Below, piece after piece: positions 36,561 through 50,289 of a DNA stretch of 64,000 bases. The notes beneath the pieces were generated by a model that ran no database searches, was not told where the DNA came from, and was given only the letters and a program-made list of their open reading frames with translations. The translations under genes were made by a program, and so were the position numbers. Location: the NCBI RefSeq assembly GCF_006345805.1, contig NC_042999.1:173724001-173788000 (forward strand). Direction: 5' to 3'. Position 1 is the first letter of the stretch, and each line of letters starts with the position of its first letter. This DNA is from Octopus sinensis. Lineage: Eukaryota.

Positions 36561-37269
36561 ATAGTGAGAATCATTTAACTCCCCAGTAAAACTATCATAT
36601 ACTAAATTTCATATTGTCTTCATTTTCGTATTATTTAGAATAATGGAAAATTTCATCTCTTTTCCGTAGAATAAGTAATTATTTTCATTAGATAATGTGA
36701 ATAGAAATGAAATTTCGAAATCAGTTAAAGCTTTCTATTCTCCATTGTATTTACGAAAAGATTGCTTTTTCACAGCTTTCATCATTCATATTTATCTTCA
36801 ATATAAAGTGTTCTGTAGATCTATACCATAAGAAGAGGAACCTTTTAAAATACAAATCTGTGGGTTTTTTGTTTCTTTTTTAGTTTTTTGCTTACTATTA
36901 GTAATACTTGTTTACTTTATCATAGTTCAACCACCACCAAGAGATATACAAATTCACAAGGTTACTTTCCTGGTTTAGAACACATTTCCATGAATAGGGC
37001 ACAGTTGTTATAGCTAAATTTCCGTTGCCAGCTGTAGTCAAAAACCTAACATTTTCAGGAAGTGTTTCTAAATTTAGAGACCGAAAGAATATGGTGAGAA
37101 TATGGTGCCTGGTGGACGAGATTGTGCTTTCCTACAATTTCACTGATAATGATAAACTTGTGTTTTATTCCTCGATTCATGCTGATTTTAATCATATAAG
37201 AATATTCAATTTAAACAATGAATCGATCGTCTGATTATGTTGAAAATGTTTTGGATAAGCAATGCGCTT

Positions 37270-37905
37270 CTAATCTAAAATAACGTTTAGCTTCATCTTT
37301 GAGTAAAACCAACGTCGTTTTATCGTTGCGCACGGAGCGATGCCTGCATTTTCATTTCCACATCGTAACCGTACACACCATTTCATCCATTCTTATGACG
37401 CTTTTCGGCGATCATGATGTGAATATTTAGACAGCTCCCGATAAATTGTGACTCGATTCTATTTTCGTTCATCTGCTAGATGCAATCGTTTGTCCTGCAT
37501 CCTTAACATTTTACTAATGCCTACACCTTCGGAATTTTCACAGACATTTCCGTGACAAATCCTTCAGTTAACAACACGTACTATCAAAATATGATCCAGT
37601 TCCATCCTTCGTCCAGATATGGAATTTGTTTTTAGTAGATGCTTTTCCCGATTTGCAACGCTGCACAAATCATGACGTGGCGTACAACTCACACAAGTCT
37701 CTCATATATACCTTACAATATTACAAAAACGTCTTCGTAAAATGTTTCCTTAATCTGCAACAGAATTTCATAGAAACACGTTGCTATTCTAAATCATTGC
37801 ATTTTCCTCTGGCGGCACTTCACCAAGTGCACTAATTGTATATTCACTCTACCACGATGATAATGTCTAAATGAAAGTTGGCTCTGTTTTTATTTGACAT
37901 ACATC

Positions 37906-37906
<1 letters not shown>
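37270..37906 (-). mobile_element. Mariner remnant (5' TIR plus N-terminal and central transposase)
   Basis: TA-CGATGTATGTCAAATAAAAACAGAGCC terminus; RCKSGKASTK..SISGR (HTH-linker like); VYGYDVEMKMQAS. Confidence 0.7.
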
Positions 37907-37943
<37 letters not shown>

Positions 37944-38000
37944 CCATGATAGATCGTTAGCCACTACATGCATACTTTCTCTCCTTGTTTTCCCTGTGTC

Positions 38001-38038
38001 CCTTTCTGTAGAAGAGCGCAGACTCGAAACGTAAAAGG
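38001..38038 (+). ncRNA. Minimal Penelope-type hammerhead motif, one core substitution
   Basis: CCTTT-CTGTAGA-A-GAG cgcaga CTC-GAAAC-GTA-AAAGG: perfect 5-bp stem I; A6 replaced by U. Confidence 0.5.
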
Positions 38039-38181
38039 CTTTTTTCTATTCCTGAGCGTTATACTAATACATCTGTTTGTTTTGTACACCACCTGTCTTC
38101 GTCTTTTGTTTTTTTCGTAAACTCTCCCTATATATATTATATATATGTGTGTGTGTGTGTGTGCATATATAATATATATAT

Positions 38182-38247
<66 letters not shown>

Positions 38248-38282
38248 GTATGTATTACACGTATATGCATATGTTTGTGTGC

Positions 38283-38351
<69 letters not shown>

Positions 38352-38901
38352 TTACATACATAACATATAGATATACATTTTTTTCCCTAGAAGCATAGAT
38401 TATACATAGACGCTTATTTCATAGTGAATGCTGTTATACAGAGCAGAGACAGATTCAAGAATATATACTAAAAGCACGTGAAAGTATAAACATACGCATT
38501 CTGCATCTTCCACCGCAATGTATGCGGCACTCTATACAGCGATAACACATTATTACCGGAATATTCCCTACTTCAACAACGCAACATGTCTGCAGAATTT
38601 AAAATTCTCTGAATGTTTCATAGAAACACAGTCAGGCACATGACAAGTCTTGAAATTATATTTTGTGACATCTTTATGAGGTGCATAGTTTTCGAAATGA
38701 GCTGCTAGGTGAAAACTAAGCCTAAGATTTATCAAGATATGTGTGTGTATATGTGCGAACGTCCGTACGTGTATGCCTGTTTGCTTGTGTGACTATGTGT
38801 GCGTGTTTGTGATTGTGTTAGTGTGTGCACTAAAACCAAAGAATTCGATAAAAAATTACGTGATATATCACTATTACATATATATCAGAATATTTATGTT
38901 T

Positions 38902-38953
<52 letters not shown>

Positions 38954-39115
38954 ATATATATACATATGTATAAGTATGTATGTCACAGGTTTCCATACAA
39001 ATTCATCTGCAAAGTATTCATTAGTCGCTATATTATGTAAAGATGTATGCATATGCGCATATACACACATTACTATACATACATATATACTGTGATATAT
39101 ATATATATATCAATT

Positions 39116-39187
<72 letters not shown>

Positions 39188-39606
39188 TCCTTTCAATACA
39201 ATGGAAATGACTAAATAGATAAATGGTGATTAGGAAGTGGAACACCCCTTCTTCTCCTCTCTCTCCCCTTCTCTCTACCTATCTATCTATATCTCTAACT
39301 ATCTATATATTTATCTATCTATCTATCTATCTATCAACCTACCTATCTTTCTATCTATATATCTCCATTATTATAGAACGTCACTCAAAAACCAAAACAA
39401 TGTTCTCATCTTCTAAACGAAACCCCAAAATTACATCTGTTTCATAAAAATGAACAAGTTGTTTGTACGTTTACAAGATTCTATTTGACAAGTTCGAAAA
39501 ACGAATGAAAGTGCTAAGAATAATGAAGAAAAATTAAGAATTTATTCAAAATATCATGTGACCTGCTTTCTCAATATTCAATATCTGTACACCACACGTA
39601 ACACTC

Positions 39607-39686
<80 letters not shown>

Positions 39687-39688
<2 letters not shown>

Positions 39689-39991
39689 CACGTGATCACG
39701 TGACCGACCAGACCATCAGATGTTGTTACGCATCGCTGGTCACAATGCGTTCGCATTGTTTTAGCCTTCGAATGACGCCACCCCGCTGGCTAAGCGAGCA
39801 GGCCAACAGAAGAAAGAGTGAGAGAAAGAGTGGTGAAAGAGTACAGCAGGGATCACCACCTCCTGCTAGAGCCTCGTGGAGCTTTTAAGTGTTTTCGCTC
39901 AATAAACACACACAACGCCCGGTCTGGGAATCGAAACCGCGATCCTACGACCGCGAGTTCGCTGCCCTAACCACTGGGCCATTGCGCCTCC
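39687..39991 (-). mobile_element. tRNA-derived SINE (octopus OR-like)
   Basis: Head GGAGGCGCAATGGCCCAGTGG (A box)...GGTTTCGATTCCC (B box); flanked by (TA)n. Confidence 0.85.
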
Positions 39992-40011
39992 ATATATATA
40001 TATTACAAATG

Positions 40012-40232
40012 GCTAAGACCGGTTTATGGGATTACCTCAGGTTTCCTGTCCATAAAGTGTTTAGCTTTATGGTGTATCGTCAGATCCCGAATCCTTTTGG
40101 CCCAAAACAACTTTAAAATATAAAAGAGGAAATTCCGTGGTTTGTGGGAGTCATTTTGGAATCTCGCCCGTTCAGCTATGCATAATTTGCATCGTTTTGA
40201 CCCGTTCATGTAGGGGATCTGGGTTCTCGAGG
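40012..40232 (-). mobile_element. Penelope-like element C-terminal fragment
   Basis: YMNGSKRCKLCIAE resembles the PLE C-terminal Y.N..KRC.LC..EK motif; followed by a decayed CTGAGG...AAACCGGTC motif. Confidence 0.45.
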
Positions 40233-40240
40233 AATTTCTA

Positions 40241-40323
40241 TGTCATTATTCAAAAATATTTCAATATATCTTGCCAATAGAGAAAGAGTCGGTTTCTAAC
40301 CTAGATCCAAGGCTCCTTCACTG
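40241..40323 (-). mobile_element. 3' UTR fragment of the (ATAC)n-associated RLE LINE
   Basis: Reverse complement of 2060-2144; abuts (TGTA)n. Confidence 0.7.
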
Positions 40324-40426
40324 CAATGTATGTATGTATATGTATGTATGAACGTATGTATACACTTATTTCCACATTTTGATCAGTACCTAGTTTTATT
40401 TACGTATGTACATATAAATATTTGAA

Positions 40427-40478
<52 letters not shown>

Positions 40479-40681
40479 CAAAGATTATTTAGAATATTTA
40501 CAAATGTTTATGTATATATATATACATATACAAACATTATTTAGAATATTTACAAATATTTACAAATATAATATTTGTTCTCATCTTGTTTGTTGCTAAC
40601 ACAACATCCAGCCTTCATCAAGTGTCTTGGGGAAAGTTCTCATTCCTAAGGTATTTGTCGATGTTGTTGTTATTATTATTA

Positions 40682-40737
<56 letters not shown>

Positions 40738-40807
40738 TCACTAGTAGCCCGCACTTTTAACCACTACGCTATATGCCCGTAGGCAATTATGGAGTGAAGT
40801 TTTGAGC

Positions 40808-41185
40808 TTATAAATCTAATATTTTCCTATCCCTCCTTAATACCGGTCCCCATAAATTCTTCATGTCTACTCTCGGTCTGCTTAGGAGGTTGTTGTATAT
40901 ATGTGCTGCTTCTTTTAGTTTTCGTATTTTCCATTGGTGTTGTGTGTCTATTATTTTAACTTCATCCCACAGGGAGAGGTGGTCTCCATTTTTCCATACA
41001 CGGTCTGCTATACCCGATTTATCAATATCTCCTCGTGTCACAGTTTTACGATATTCTTCTACCCTTGTTTTGAGGGGGCGGCATGTTTCGCCTTTGTATA
41101 ACCTACCACAGCTGCATGGGATGGCATACACGCAGTTTATGGTCCTATTCTCTTCTAATGGTTGTCCAACCCGAAGATGATATTT
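40808..41185 (-). pseudogene. Penelope-like GIY-YIG endonuclease domain
   Basis: VYAIPCSCGRLYKGETCRPLKTRVEEYRK...SGIADRVWKNGDH...WDEVKII...RKLKEAAHI. Confidence 0.85.
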
Positions 41186-41381
41186 ACGAAGTGTTGTATT
41201 ACTCTTGAATACTGCCTTTTACTTGTTTCAGTCATAGACTGGGGCTATGCTAGAGCACCGATTGTGTGTGCACGTGTGCGTGTATGTGTGTGCGTGTATG
41301 TGTGTGCACGTGTGTGTGTACGTGTATGTGTGTGCGTGTGTGTGTGCGTGTGTGTGTGTGTATGTGTGTGTGTGTGTGTCT

Positions 41382-41425
<44 letters not shown>

Positions 41426-41727
41426 TGTGAGTGTGTTTGCACTATTATTTAATCTTAAGGATTATTTCAGGAAAATATTTTTCATAATTTTGAGTAGAAA
41501 TTCACAGAAAAATAAATTGTAGAAAGTGTATGCATATGGTATATGCCGATGCATTATTGCTATTTCATACGTTCACTGCATAGATGAGATATATCTCTGA
41601 CGTAAGAGATAGAAAGAAGGATTGATAGAGGTGGGTAATGTATCTGTATGTATATATGTAACCACATGTGGATCATTGCCGATATTTTCCTCCGTCTCCC
41701 TTTTCTCTTTCACTTCCTACGTCTCCT

Positions 41728-41761
41728 GTTTCTGACGAAGAGCTTTGCTCGGAACGTAAAG
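41728..41761 (+). ncRNA. Minimal Penelope-type hammerhead motif, one core substitution
   Basis: CTGACGA-A-GAGC ttt GCTC-GGAAC-GTA (GAAA changed to GGAA); weak stem I. Confidence 0.45.
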
Positions 41762-41843
41762 TCACCTTTCTTTCCTTCCCTGAGCATCTGCAAATGCTTG
41801 CATGTACCACGTCCTCGCCTTTTGTTTTTTTTTTTACGATCGT

Positions 41844-42090
41844 AAGGACGTGGGTTCCATTCACGGCAGCGCCTTGTGTTCTAGAGCAAGACATTTTAGT
41901 TCATATTGCTCCAGTTCACTCAGCTAGCAAAAGTGAATAGTACACGTATTTGAAATAGACAGCATTGTCACATTCTCTGCCGCTAAGTCAAGTGTCCTTG
42001 GAAATCTCAGGCACTTGCACACTAATTTCTCGAGTAAGCTGTTCCGGTGAGCTGTTCAACTGGAACACTCGTCGTCGTAACCAACAGAGT
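41844..42090 (+). mobile_element. Decayed tRNA-derived SINE
   Basis: B-box-like GGGTTCCATTC; central CTTGTGTTCTAGAGCAAGACA; tail AACTGGAACACTCGTCGTCGTAACC. Confidence 0.6.
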
Positions 42091-42124
42091 AAATATATAT
42101 ATATATAATATATATATATATTAT

Positions 42125-42790
42125 ATGTAGAAAAATACAAACTGGGACAAGAACGTAAAACACTTAGAAGACGATACAAAAAACACGGACGCGACATTCC
42201 AAGCCTTCAATCTTCAGTCAAGAACCGGATCATCCTAGCAATTTCGGCTGATTAATCTTGAGATCGCTCCGATCCGGCCAGCCTCAAGGAAAATCTAAGC
42301 TACGAGCATTAGATTTCTTGGAAGAAGGATCGAATGTATACGAAACAGGGACAGAAAAACGGACGATGCCACACGAATATAAAATACAAAAAACAATAAT
42401 GGTAAAAACAGGACAAAAACAGCGAGTGTCTTACGACTAATAAACAGTACAACAGTTTAGCTGGCGTGTTTGGAAAAAATGCCTTTATCGGCAGACGAAA
42501 ACAACGATGTTCTCACGGCAGTGGTCGGAGGCCAAAAGGCTGATTTTGACCAGCGGTCACGTGAGAGAAGAGAGAGAAAAGAAAGGGGGCAAAGGAAACA
42601 AAGAGAGAGAGAAAGAGGGACGAAGGTAACAAAGGGGGAGAAGAGAGAGAAAGAAGGAATTAAAGAGGGGAGAAGAAAGAGTGCGTGCCAAGGAATGGCT
42701 AGTGAGTGCAAAGTGAGAAAGACAGAGAATTATGAGTGGGGGGAAGAGTAGACCAAAGAATCGGAGGCAAGAAAAAGGAAAAGGAGAAGT

Positions 42791-42845
<55 letters not shown>

Positions 42846-43078
42846 AGGGGACAGATCAAAGTAGAGTGCAAAGTGTGAAAGGCAGAGAAATGTACGAGAG
42901 AGAGACAGTGTTTAGAGTCGTACCAAATTTACAGGAATATGTACTTACATAAGGCCAACGAGGGTACTGACGTCGCTATATATATTATATGTAGAAAAAT
43001 ACAAACTGGGACAAGAACGTAAAACATTAGAAGACGATACAAAAAACACGGACGGGACATTTGAAGCCTTCAATCTTC
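42125..43078 (-). mobile_element. Second copy of the terminal-direct-repeat element (repeats at 42125-42219 and 42989-43078)
   Basis: Reverse complement of 18165-19022 in the same order; repeat period 864 bp; (TA)n on both sides. Confidence 0.75.
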
Positions 43079-43140
43079 TTATATATATAATATATATATA
43101 TTATATATATATATATATATATATGTATATGTATGTATGT

Positions 43141-43187
<47 letters not shown>

Positions 43188-43825
43188 AATATATATATAT
43201 ATAGGTATGTATTATGTATGTATGTATGTATTGTATGCATGTATGTATATATGTCTGTCTGTATGTATGTATGTATGTATATCTATATATATATATCTAT
43301 ATATATGTGTGTGTGTGTGTGGTGTGTACATATATACATAAGTGTGTTCGTGTGTATTGAAAATCCCTTAAGTTTATATTTTATAACAAAATGTTATAGC
43401 CTTTGCGTAAATAGACACTGTCCGCCACTGATTACACAGAGGACTTCTACACAGAATATATATGTAGGAGTGTCTACTTGTCCGCTTGTGCGTATGCGTG
43501 TGTGACTGCTTGTGAACATTCAGGCACTGTTCAAGTACTAAGAATAGGTTGAGAAAAAGAAAATCTTTCATTTGTACTTTTACTCCTAATTCTGCAACTA
43601 AATGTCAAGCCTAGATGTTGAAAGTCAATATTTTCTAATAATATTTTTATAAGTTAACCTTCAAGTTGACCACGTTTTCAAGTAGAAACGATCTTGAATA
43701 TCCTGAAGTTGACCTAAATTTCGTATACACACAACACATATCTCTCCATGAACACAACACATATACTTATATATGCGTGTGTGCGCTCACTCCCCACCCC
43801 ATATATATATATATTTATTTATATA

Positions 43826-43880
<55 letters not shown>

Positions 43881-44505
43881 GTATGTATATATATTTATAT
43901 ATATATATATATGTAGGATTTTTTTGTTGATATTGTAACATCTGTCTTAATGCCTGTTTCAATCAGTTTTTAGGTGACATTTCAATGAAGACAGCGTTTG
44001 TTTTATTTTATTAATTGATAGATACCATGCAGAGAGTATGACTTGAGAAACATCTATTTGCATAATAACGCCTCTCTGCATTAAAGATAGTGTTAAATTA
44101 GGAGTTATAATATGGGAGATTTACAGAAATAGCAGGTATTCGGAAAGACACAACCCCAGTTCGTTCTCATTTTTTTCCCCTTTACATTAGGGTTAAAGTT
44201 GGTAATAATCTTATTTTGCAACGCGACAACTTATATAAATGGAAGAATTCCATTGACAGCCCCTCTTCCTTAGATGGAAACAATGTGTGCATGTATTGTG
44301 TGAGAAAGTATTTCGGTATTTGTACAAATACCAAGAAATTATGAGTAGTTGTCACTGCTCTCAATGCACTTGACATTTAGTGTTGACAGGAACGCAACAA
44401 TACCAAATATGCTTTCATATTTATGTGAGGAGAGAGAATTATAGCGTCAGATATTGTATGTGTACGTGCGTATATGTGAGTGTATGTATGTGAGCGGGTG
44501 GTATG

Positions 44506-45162
44506 TGTAACGGTCCAAAGGGCCGAATGCCAATCCAATAACTTGATTTCATGATATCACAAGAACCATCACTGACATCCGTGCAACAATTCCATTAGCA
44601 GCGAAAAGAGAGAGATAGAAATACGTTATTATGAAACGCACATATTTCTAAATATTCTCACAAATTCAAATACAACTTCAGACTTGCACTCACATGAATA
44701 TATCTACTGTGATAATTTAAATTGCGTGTACACATATCATGACATGCTCACACACATATTGTTATAGAAATACATATATGGACGTAAACGTCCACGTTCT
44801 CAACACATCGTCTGTCATAAGCATTCATACATACATACACACAAACACATACTCCCACATACACACAAAACTAAACATTCAAGCCTGCATAAGCATAATT
44901 TGAAATACTCAACTCCACACAACCCCACAGCCTTCACTTCACATGCACGGTCTGTCATATGCACGCTCCTTAAAGGACACGAACCCTAACTAATGTCCAC
45001 AAAAGTTATACATGCAACAGCATATGCATAAATGTTAAAAGTCTGATGCTCCACCGACTGAGCATTGCGGAAGAGTTCGAAGAGGGAAGCATCAAAGTAG
45101 ACCTCATTTAGCTCAAATATAATAGTCATACATCCTTAAACAAACACATTATTGTCATTACA
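44506..45162. mobile_element. Possible solo LTR
   Basis: TGTAA...TTACA inverted termini 657 bp apart around non-coding DNA. No TSD found. Confidence 0.3.
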
Positions 45163-47102
45163 AAAGGGACAATTGGTTTTATATCTTCCATTTAAATAAT
45201 TATCAATATTGGTTATAATCAAAAGGTGCCAACAATGGCCTGATCCCAGAAGCAGTTCAGAGTCGGATTAAATGTCGATCAGTGTTTACAGATGTTTCCA
45301 TTTCAAATACTAAGTGATTTTGTGAATATGTACGCGTACGCCTGTGAGGCGTGAATGTGTTTGTGTGTATGGATAGCAATTCTCTTCTGCCGTCTGTTTG
45401 GTTAACGTTGAACACGGGTCTTAGCGTCATGGATTTGTGGTTTAAGATATTCCCTTTGCAGCTACAAAGTTACGGAGTCAATTTCACTGCGCAATTGGGA
45501 ATATGTTTCTTGTGATAGTCTCGAGTTCTTTATTAAACGGAAACTTCGAGTGTCCACGAGCGCACACAAACACACACTCATTAAGCATGCGCGCGCGCGA
45601 GTGTGTGTAGATGCGTGGTTTAGTGTTTAGGGTGTTTGCACTCGTGATTATAAGATAAGTTTCGATTCCTAGATCGGATGATGCGTTATGTTTTGAGCAA
45701 AACATAATATTCTACATTGCTCTAGTCCACACTTGTAAAAATGTGTAATTCTGCGAGAGAACGGTGCTCCGTCAAGGAGGAGTATATACATCACACAATT
45801 CGGGAAACATGGTTTATGAGTCAAGAAGGCCCTTTGATAATTTTTTTTTTATATATAGACATACCCACACAAATGTACATACACACGCTGATATATGTAT
45901 GCATGTATGCATATATATGTGTGTAAACACCTTCTCATCTATACTTCCCCTCTCTTTGCCTCTTTAATTCTTGTGCCTGTATAAAGACATTCCTTACTCT
46001 ACTTTCAACAGTCTTTCTTGTTTTCAAAGCTCTTCTTTGACATGCATACTGATCATAATTAATCTCTTGTCTTTCTCATTGTATTTAATTACCTTCCTAA
46101 GCTTCCAATTATTCGCTAAATTTTAGTTCTTTTTATTGCTCTATCTATTAGTAACTTAACGGTTAGACCACGAGAGCTTGAAACCTTATTTATTACAGAG
46201 TCCCCCTGCCTCTAGTATTTTCCAGTATTTCCTGTTCTTCATTTACCATTAATATATCAGTTTCTTCACCATCCGTCTATTTGTTGACCAACTAAAATTT
46301 AGATATAAATTCTTGCAATTTTTTTGAAAATATAAGCATTTCCCCATAAATCAATACCTACGTACTTCACTTTAATAATTTATTAATTCTAAATATTTAA
46401 TAACGAGATTGTCTTTACATTTTTTATTTGTTAATATATTTATTTGTTAATATATTTATCTCTTCTCCATATCCTAAATCAGATAACAATATCACCATTC
46501 TTATATTTTATACTTACATCGAAAAGCCTTTAAATATACCTTGTGCATAACTAACGTATTCTTTACGCCTTCAATATTAGTTAAAGTTTATTTCCAATTA
46601 TCCATGTTTTAAAATTTTCTTATCATAGTTTCCCATTTGACTTTTCTCTCAAGCGTGTTTATAGTATTAATTTTAAATTGCTTTCTTTTATAAATGCTGG
46701 GCTTAACCAATATCTTACTGCATTATGTAGGTTATTCCTGCGTTCACAACTCAACTATTTCTTCAGTCTTCATATCATTTGCTAGGAGTTTCAGTTACAA
46801 ACACCAATAGGTAATTACATTATGTTAAGGGTACCACTGTGTCATTCACATGTTTTAGTTGCTTACATTCTTGTCTCCGGAGTCTATTTATTCATTGATT
46901 TATTTATTTATGTGACATATTCCCCAACTTTAGTAACTTTTGCGTTCAGTGTGTAAGTGTTTATATAACATTATGTATGCTTATATTCTCCTATATTTAC
47001 ATATAGTTGTATAGACATCTGTGCGTGTTTGCACTTATCTCAGAACATCGCAGCCTATATGTATGCATCTTATATCGTTCTTTGTGTCTTCTTTCTCCCA
47101 CG

Positions 47103-47148
<46 letters not shown>

Positions 47149-47160
47149 ATATATATATAT

Positions 47161-47340
47161 TAATATCAAGATTAATTAGCCGAAATTGCGAGGATGATCC
47201 GGGTCTTGTCTGAGGATAGAAAGCTTCAAATGCCCCGTCCCTGCTTTTTTTTTGTATCGTCTATCTAGATGTTTTGTTGTCCCTTTTTGTATCATCTAGT
47301 TGTCCGGATGTTTTGCGTATTGACCCATTTTGTATTTTAC
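47161..47340 (+). mobile_element. Partial third copy of the terminal-direct-repeat element
   Basis: CAAGATTAATTAGCCGAAATTGCGAGGATGATCCGG matches 18882-18917 and continues into a diverged terminal repeat. Confidence 0.7.
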
Positions 47341-47349
47341 ATATATATA

Positions 47350-47690
47350 TAAAACTTAGATAAAACTTAGATATGTTTCGACCAGAGATTGGTCCAGGCC
47401 ATGTCTAACTTAATAGCACCACCTGATAGGATTATTCGAATCCTGTTTAAGTCAAGTTTTGTTCAAGTAGTGAGTTCTTGTTGGGTGAGTTGTATCCAGT
47501 TTTGTTCAAGTAGTGAGCTCTTGTTGGGTGAGTTGTATCCAATTATGGGTGGCTTATCTGGTATTCTTTGAAGGAATCTATCCAGACTCTGTTTAAAGTT
47601 GATGGGATCCTTTTCCTCTTTGATCTCCCTTGGGACAATGTTAAATAGGGCAGGGCCTGTTGAGGAAAAGAAATTATGTTGCAGTGTACA
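47350..47690 (-). mobile_element. CR1-group LINE 3' end (family of 24755-25126)
   Basis: Reverse-complement similarity including GGCCTGGACC and the ATCTAAGTTTT terminal repeats; internal ~40-bp tandem duplication at about 47455-47540. Confidence 0.7.
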
Positions 47691-47710
47691 TGTACGTTGT
47701 GATCGTGAAT

Positions 47711-47743
<33 letters not shown>

Positions 47744-48080
47744 TATATATATATCACCAAAAGCAAATGCTGATTGTTTGACATTTGGTTTCCTCTTTAT
47801 CGTGGTACTAATCGGCTCTCTCCTATAACATTCTCTATCCTATTCTTGCTTCGAGAACAAGATTAATGCCACAATGATATAGGAGTGAATTGTCTTACTG
47901 GACCCGAGTCGAAAATCTCTGGTAACGTGTATCACATCAAAGTATATTTTCATAATACATACATACATACATACATGCATACATACATACATACATACAT
48001 ACATACATACATACGTACATACATACATACATACATACATACATACATACATACATACATACATACATACATACATACAT

Positions 48081-48646
48081 TAGGACATGCTATAATGAAA
48101 TCTCGAGGACAAAGAAATAAGAACCCCGCAGTATGGTAGAAGCTAATCTTGAGAAATTACGCTTCTCAAAACTTGAGAGGAGGAAGCTGATTCGAAGATT
48201 ACAGATACAACTTATCACTGGAACTGTGAAAATCTGTGAGTTTCCAGAGGTTTATCATTTAAATATATATGAGCATACCTAGATATGCATGAGAATATAT
48301 ACATAAAACAAGACCTCGGTTCAAAGTCTCTCTTGACCAGAAATGGCCTGAACTCTTTGTATGACCACCCTCCTTGTACATAACTCCCTGTCCCCCTACA
48401 TGGCCTTGCTTTTGCTTTTTGAGCCAATAAAAATTGAATTGAATTGAAAAAAATCTGCACACATACATACATACATACATACATACATACATACATACAT
48501 ACATACATACATACATACATACAAACATGCATGCATAAATGCCCTGTTGCTGATGTTGAAATTCCCATAAAAGAGCCTTGGATCAGGGTTAGAAACCGGC
48601 TCTTTCTCTATTGGAAAGAAATCTTGGAATAAAACTGAATAATGAC
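48081..48646 (+). mobile_element. RLE LINE 3' fragment, directly after a long (ATAC)n tract (47955-48080)
   Basis: GAGAAATTACGCTTCTCAAAACTTGAGAGGAGGAAGCTGATTCGA matches 1817-1861; internal (ATAC)n; same 3' terminus. Confidence 0.75.
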
Positions 48647-48664
48647 ATACATATATGGGATGAT

Positions 48665-48703
<39 letters not shown>

Positions 48704-48704
48704 T

Positions 48705-48797
<93 letters not shown>

Positions 48798-49604
48798 GTG
48801 AGAGAGAGATCAGTTTTGTGTGTGTTTGTATATCTGTAGCGTTAATTAGCTGACATTATCAAGAGTACAACGCAACCTTAACAACCATTTTAGTTAGGAA
48901 CCATTTGTTTAAAACTCTTAGCACAAGTTTAATATTTCTTTAGAGACATACTTACAATTTACTTGTTATAATGGATTGTCCATATCCAGCTTTATCAGAA
49001 ACAATCAAGTTTTAGCAACTGTAATGTTTAAAGTGGATGCTATATTTACATTTTTTCTGTTACTTCACTATTATCACTTCGTTGTACCTTCGATTTATAG
49101 TTCTGAACTTTAGTAGTTTTCAAAAAATATTAGCTAAGATTTTGAAATCTTTTTTCTGTAACCCTTTTAGTATATTATCTTAATATATGGCTGGTCTTCT
49201 TTTTATACTATTTTCTTAATAGAGTAATCTTTCTTTATAATGTTGTTATAACAAAAAATAGTTATGGCAATATACTAATCTATTTTATCACCTTACCAAA
49301 TTTTCTTATATGTACAGGATTGCAATAAAACGCCATTCATTTTTTTATATATAGTAATAATAAAAAAAATGTTTAAGGTGTTTATGTAAAATAATTTGTT
49401 TTTTGCACTGTTGTTGCTCTGTCTAGAAATTTAATAAATAAACATATACTTTAACGTTTTTCAGAGAAACTTCGAAATAATTAATAAACAAAAGCTTCTT
49501 TCATATTATTCCAGACATTTAACAGATTTATTTCTCTCCCAGAATATATATGAACACACACATACATACACACATATATACATAAGTGTATGTATGTATG
49601 TTTG

Positions 49605-49638
<34 letters not shown>

Positions 49639-49671
49639 TGTATGTATGTATGTATGTATGTGTATATGTGT

Positions 49672-49712
<41 letters not shown>

Positions 49713-50289
49713 AGTGTATGTGTAACAGACGTTGACTGAATGCTCTCAGAATGACAGAGAGTCCTCTGGAAACCGCCACAACGCAGAACTTTAAGATACT
49801 ATAGCATTATCTCATCTCGGGGAAGGCTGATTGCAATGATATTGTCTTTAAAAAAGAAAAAAGAACTTTTCAGCAACGTCCTCCGACAAACTATCATTTG
49901 CACAGCCTCGTCTCCACAACACAGTTTCACTTATAATAGATACAACCCATGCTCTTAGGTCGTTCAATCGTTCTCAATTGATCAATAGATCAATTGAGTA
50001 AACCTATCAGTAATGTACTTATAATGACTACTGGAAACATCTGTAAGCCTAATTCGCTCCAATAAAGGAGAAATATGTAAATACCATTATTTTAAACTTG
50101 TTTTGTGTGTGCGCGCACGCGTGCGCGTTTTTGTACATTTGTACATTTCAATTATTGAAACCCACTTTCTTCTCGTCTGTGTCACCAAATCGTTGTCCCA
50201 AAGAGTATCATTTATTGAAGCGAAAAGGTAGAATTCGGAAAGCTGCTAATCTGAGCTGTAAAGTGATTGTGAACAACTGACTGGCCCAA

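Noticed and set aside
46000-46780. Very old RLE LINE remnant on the minus strand (IIGSLG, TDILMVNEE)
   Set aside because: Only two short motif hints in AT-rich DNA with many stops.
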